In this document: positions 14,903-17,963 of the stretch, piece after piece | How positions within the stretch are numbered: the first letter of the stretch is position 1 | How the letters are laid out: the number at the start of each line of letters is the position of its first letter | Notes under the pieces: model-generated | What the model saw: the letters and a program-made list of their open reading frames with translations, nothing else | Told to the model about the DNA's origin: nothing | Database searches by the model: none | Made by a program: the position numbers and the translations under genes | From: Candidatus Eiseniibacteriota bacterium | GTDB lineage: Bacteria; Eisenbacteria; RBG-16-71-46; JABDJR01; JAWXBZ01 | Direction: 5' to 3' | Assembly (NCBI GenBank): GCA_034440375.1 | Contig: JAWXBZ010000044.1 | Location: forward strand, 1 to 17,963 | DNA length: 17,963 nt

Positions 14903-16771
14903 TTGAGCCGAGTGGTCGCAGCCCCCCGCCCCCCCATCGCCGACGTCCTTGGACGCCGCGTCCTGGTCTTCGACGGCGCGATGGGCACGATGCTGTACGC
15001 CGAGGGGGTGCCGTTCACCCAGTGCTTCGACTCCATGAATCTGGCGCGCCCGGAGGTGGTACGCCGTGTCCACCAGGCTTATGTCGATGCCGGGGCCGAC
15101 ATCATCGAGACGAATACCTTCGGCGGCAATCGCTTCCGGCTGGCCGAGCATGGCCTCGAGAGCCAGGTGGCCGCGATCAACAAGGCCGGCGCACGGCTGG
15201 CACGCGAAGCGGCCGGTGACCGCGCCTGGGTTGCGGGGGCCGTTGGCCCGATCGGCAAGCCGATGGCGCCGATCGGCGTGATCCCACAGGAGGAGGCCGA
15301 GGAAGCCTTTCGCGAACAGATCGCCGCGCTGGTCGAGGGTGGCATCGACCTCCTGGTGATCGAGACGATTTCCGATCTACATGAGATGGAGCGGGCGATT
15401 GCGGCGGCCCGCTCGGTGAAGGCCGATCTGCCGATCATCGCCCAGATGACCTTTTCCGAGGAAGGCAAGACGCTGATCGGGAACAAGCCGACCGAGATCG
15501 CGCGGCGCCTGTCGGACCTGGGCGTATCGGCGGTGGGTGCCAACTGTTCCGTTGGTCCACAGGGAATCCTTGACGTCATCGAAAAGATGGCCGGCGCCTC
15601 ACGCGTGCCGCTGGTGGCACAACCCAACGCCGGCCTCCCCCATCTGGTCGGCGGACGGCTCCTGTACCTGGCCACGCCGGAGTATTTCGAGGAGTACACG
15701 CGGCGCCTCGTCGAGTCGGGCGCCAGCCTCATCGGCGGCTGCTGCGGCACGACGCCCGAACATATCGAGGCGATCCGACGCGGCGCGGCCGGACTCACGC
15801 CGGTGGCCGCGCGGCAGCCCGGCACCCAGGGCGTCATCGAAATCGTCGAGACCGAATCCGCAAAGCCCGCCGCACCGATCAGTGAGCGTTCCAGCTTCGG
15901 ATCGAAGCTCGGCCGGCGTTTCGTCATCTCCGTGGAAATCGACCCGCCGCGCGGGCTCGACCTGGAAAAGTATCTGCAGGGCGCGCTGCTGCTCAAGCAG
16001 AAGGGCGCCGATGTCATCAACATTGCGGATAGTCCGCTTGGCCGGGCGCGCATGGCACCGACCGCCATGGGACACCTGATCGAGCGGAATGTCGGGATCG
16101 AGACGATCATCCATGTCTGTTGCCGGGATCGGAACCTATTAGCCCTCCAGTCCGAATTGATGGGCGCGCACGCGCTCGGCCGGCGCAATCTGATGCTGAT
16201 CACCGGCGATCCGGTCATGGCCGGCGACTATCTCAAGGCCTCGAACGTTTTTGATCTCGATTCGATCGGCCTGATTCGCCTGGCCGCATCGTTGAACCGG
16301 GGGATGGACCTGAGCGGCAAGTCGGTCGACCGACCCACGGCGTTTCTGATCGGCTGTGGCGCCAACCCCACCGCCGTTGACATCGACCTGGACATCGAGC
16401 GCCTGAAGGAGAAGGTGGCCGCCGGCGCCGACTACGTCTTCACTCAGCCGCTCTACGACCCGAAGGACCTCGAGAGCTACCTGGCGCGGATTCCCGATAT
16501 CAAGATCCCGATCTGCGTTGGCGTCCTGCCGCTGCGCAATCACCGGCACGCGGAATTCCTGCACAACGAGGTGCCGGGCATGCGGGTGCCGGAGTCCGTG
16601 CGTGAGGAGATGCAGAAGGCCGGCGAGAACGGGCCGGCGGCCGGTGTCGCTATTGCCCGACGATTCCTGACGGAAGTGCGCTCGATGGTGGCGGGAACCT
16701 ACCTGATGCCGCCGTTCAATCGTTTCGACATGGCGGTGGACGTCATGGAAGGATTCGTCGAGACGGATTGA
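14903..16771 (+). CDS. yitJ: Bifunctional homocysteine S-methyltransferase / 5,10-methylenetetrahydrofolate reductase (YitJ type)
   Basis: N-domain DGAMGT, ETNTF, GANC, QPNAG and GGCCGT (Zn ligands); C-domain VEIDPP, CRDRN, ITGDP, AGADYVFTQP and NEVPG. TTG start at 14903 with SD; the ORF-track start at 14597 overlaps ccmA. Confidence 0.93.
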   Translation: MSRVVAAPRPPIADVLGRRVLVFDGAMGTMLYAEGVPFTQCFDSMNLARPEVVRRVHQAYVDAGADIIETNTFGGNRFRLAEHGLESQVAAINKAGARLAREAAGDRAWVAGAVGPIGKPMAPIGVIPQEEAEEAFREQIAALVEGGIDLLVIETISDLHEMERAIAAARSVKADLPIIAQMTFSEEGKTLIGNKPTEIARRLSDLGVSAVGANCSVGPQGILDVIEKMAGASRVPLVAQPNAGLPHLVGGRLLYLATPEYFEEYTRRLVESGASLIGGCCGTTPEHIEAIRRGAAGLTPVAARQPGTQGVIEIVETESAKPAAPISERSSFGSKLGRRFVISVEIDPPRGLDLEKYLQGALLLKQKGADVINIADSPLGRARMAPTAMGHLIERNVGIETIIHVCCRDRNLLALQSELMGAHALGRRNLMLITGDPVMAGDYLKASNVFDLDSIGLIRLAASLNRGMDLSGKSVDRPTAFLIGCGANPTAVDIDLDIERLKEKVAAGADYVFTQPLYDPKDLESYLARIPDIKIPICVGVLPLRNHRHAEFLHNEVPGMRVPESVREEMQKAGENGPAAGVAIARRFLTEVRSMVAGTYLMPPFNRFDMAVDVMEGFVETD

Positions 16772-16794
16772 CCGGTGGCCCGTTGATTCCGCCG

Positions 16795-17889
16795 TCAGTT
16801 CCGCGGGTCGACGGTAAGACCCCGCACCCGGACGTGACGGGTGGCCGCCACGCGGGCAATCCGGTCCTCGGCCAGTTTGTTGGCTGCCACGTGCGTCGAC
16901 ACGCGATCCGACTCGGCGAGCTGGATGATCCGGGTGATGATGTCACCGATGGCGTTGACCTGGGCCGTGGCCAGGTCCTTGTTGTAGCCGACCAGCTCGT
17001 TGGCCACGTTGATCAATCCGCCGGCGTTGATCACGAAATCGGGGGCGTACAGGATGCCCCGGTCCCGGAGTTCGTCGCCGTGCTTGCCTTCATCGGCCAG
17101 CTGATTGTTGGCCGACCCGGCCACGATGCGTGCCTTGATCGCGGGGATTGTCTGGTCATTGATGATGCCGCCCAGGGCGGCCGGGCTGAAGATATCGACA
17201 TCGGCCGCATGAATGGCGTCGGGAGTCACGCCCTCGGCGCCCAACTCCTTGACGGCCCGCTTGACTCGCTCGGCGTCGATATCGGCGACGACCAGCTTCG
17301 CCCCCTCGGCCGCAAGATACGTGGCAAGATACCAGCCGGTGTTCCCCATCCCCTGGATGGCCACCCGGCGACCCGACAGGTCGTCGGTGCCGAACACCTT
17401 CAGGGCGCAGGCCTTCATGCCGCGGAAAACGCCCAGCGCGGTGAAGGGTGAGGGATCGCCGCTCCCCCCCTGCGAGCTGGGAATGCCTGTGACGAAGCGC
17501 GTTTCCATCCGGACGTGGACCATGTCAGAAACTGACGTGCCGACATCCTCGGCCGTGATGTACCGACCAGACAGCCCCTGGATGAATCGGCCGAAAACCC
17601 GGAACATGGCCTCGGACTTGTCCTTCTTCGGATCGCCGATCAGGACGGACTTGCCGCCGCCTAGATTCAGCCCGGCGGCGGCCGCCTTGTAGGTCATGCC
17701 CCTGGATAGACGGGCCACGTCCTCGAGCGCCTCGTCCTCGCTGGCGTAGGGCCACATCCGGCAACCACCCAGCGACGGACCAAGCGTGGTGTCGTGGATG
17801 GCGATTATGGCCTTGAGGCCGGAAGCCGTGTCGGAGCACAACACGAACTGCTCGTGCTCGTGCCGGGCCATGCGCTCGAAGATTTTCAT
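16795..17889 (-). CDS. ldh: Leucine dehydrogenase (Glu/Leu/Phe/Val dehydrogenase family)
   Basis: IAIHDTTLGP, GMTYK, GGGK (catalytic Lys), TAEDVG, GMGNTG (NAD binding), GSANNQL and NAGGLINV; SD AAGGA. Confidence 0.93.
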   Translation of the reverse strand: MKIFERMARHEHEQFVLCSDTASGLKAIIAIHDTTLGPSLGGCRMWPYASEDEALEDVARLSRGMTYKAAAAGLNLGGGKSVLIGDPKKDKSEAMFRVFGRFIQGLSGRYITAEDVGTSVSDMVHVRMETRFVTGIPSSQGGSGDPSPFTALGVFRGMKACALKVFGTDDLSGRRVAIQGMGNTGWYLATYLAAEGAKLVVADIDAERVKRAVKELGAEGVTPDAIHAADVDIFSPAALGGIINDQTIPAIKARIVAGSANNQLADEGKHGDELRDRGILYAPDFVINAGGLINVANELVGYNKDLATAQVNAIGDIITRIIQLAESDRVSTHVAANKLAEDRIARVAATRHVRVRGLTVDPRN

Positions 17890-17928
17890 GACAGGTCCTT
17901 CGCGATAAGGGGGGACGTTGACGCCGGG

Positions 17929-17957
17929 AGGGTACTCAAGGCCCCGTCAAGCGTCAA
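17929..17957 (-). promoter_or_regulatory. Candidate sigma70 promoter for leucine dehydrogenase
   Basis: TTGACG (17957-17952), 17 nt, TACCCT (17934-17929); about 40 nt upstream of the ATG. Confidence 0.5.
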
Positions 17958-17963
17958 TCAAGC

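Noticed and set aside
4484..17889. lysC, yitJ and leucine dehydrogenase as one amino-acid metabolism cluster, or the dehydrogenase-family protein as a ccm client
   Set aside because: The genes are in separate transcription units split by unrelated genes, and neither secreted protein has a CxxCH heme motif.

Overview
GC-rich bacterial chromosomal window with no integrase, transposase or CRISPR array. In order: the acidic tail of a truncated gene; a vapBC toxin-antitoxin pair; a secreted PQQ-type glucose/sorbosone dehydrogenase-family propeller with a C-terminal FlgD-Ig/T9SS-like domain; rsgA; tRNA-Gly(GCC); aspartokinase; a 1283-aa secreted beta-helix + Kelch + FlgD-Ig protein; a ccmABCDEF cytochrome c maturation operon of the variant type (CcmE CxxxY, no ccmG/H in the window); a YitJ-type homocysteine methyltransferase/MTHFR fusion; and a leucine dehydrogenase. 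The FlgD-Ig tails at high GC suggest an FCB-group candidate phylum such as Eisenbacteria or Krumholzibacteria (inference only). Signals not in the ORF track: a 19-codon Arg-rich uORF between the tRNA terminator and rsgA (possible attenuator), a 1-nt frameshift near the 5' end of ccmF, a 37-aa ccmD, two operator-like palindromes over the vapB promoter, three apparently leaderless genes, and a probable in-frame beta-subunit start in the aspartokinase. All calls come from motif recognition by eye; no searches were run, and I cannot establish that any system here is new.
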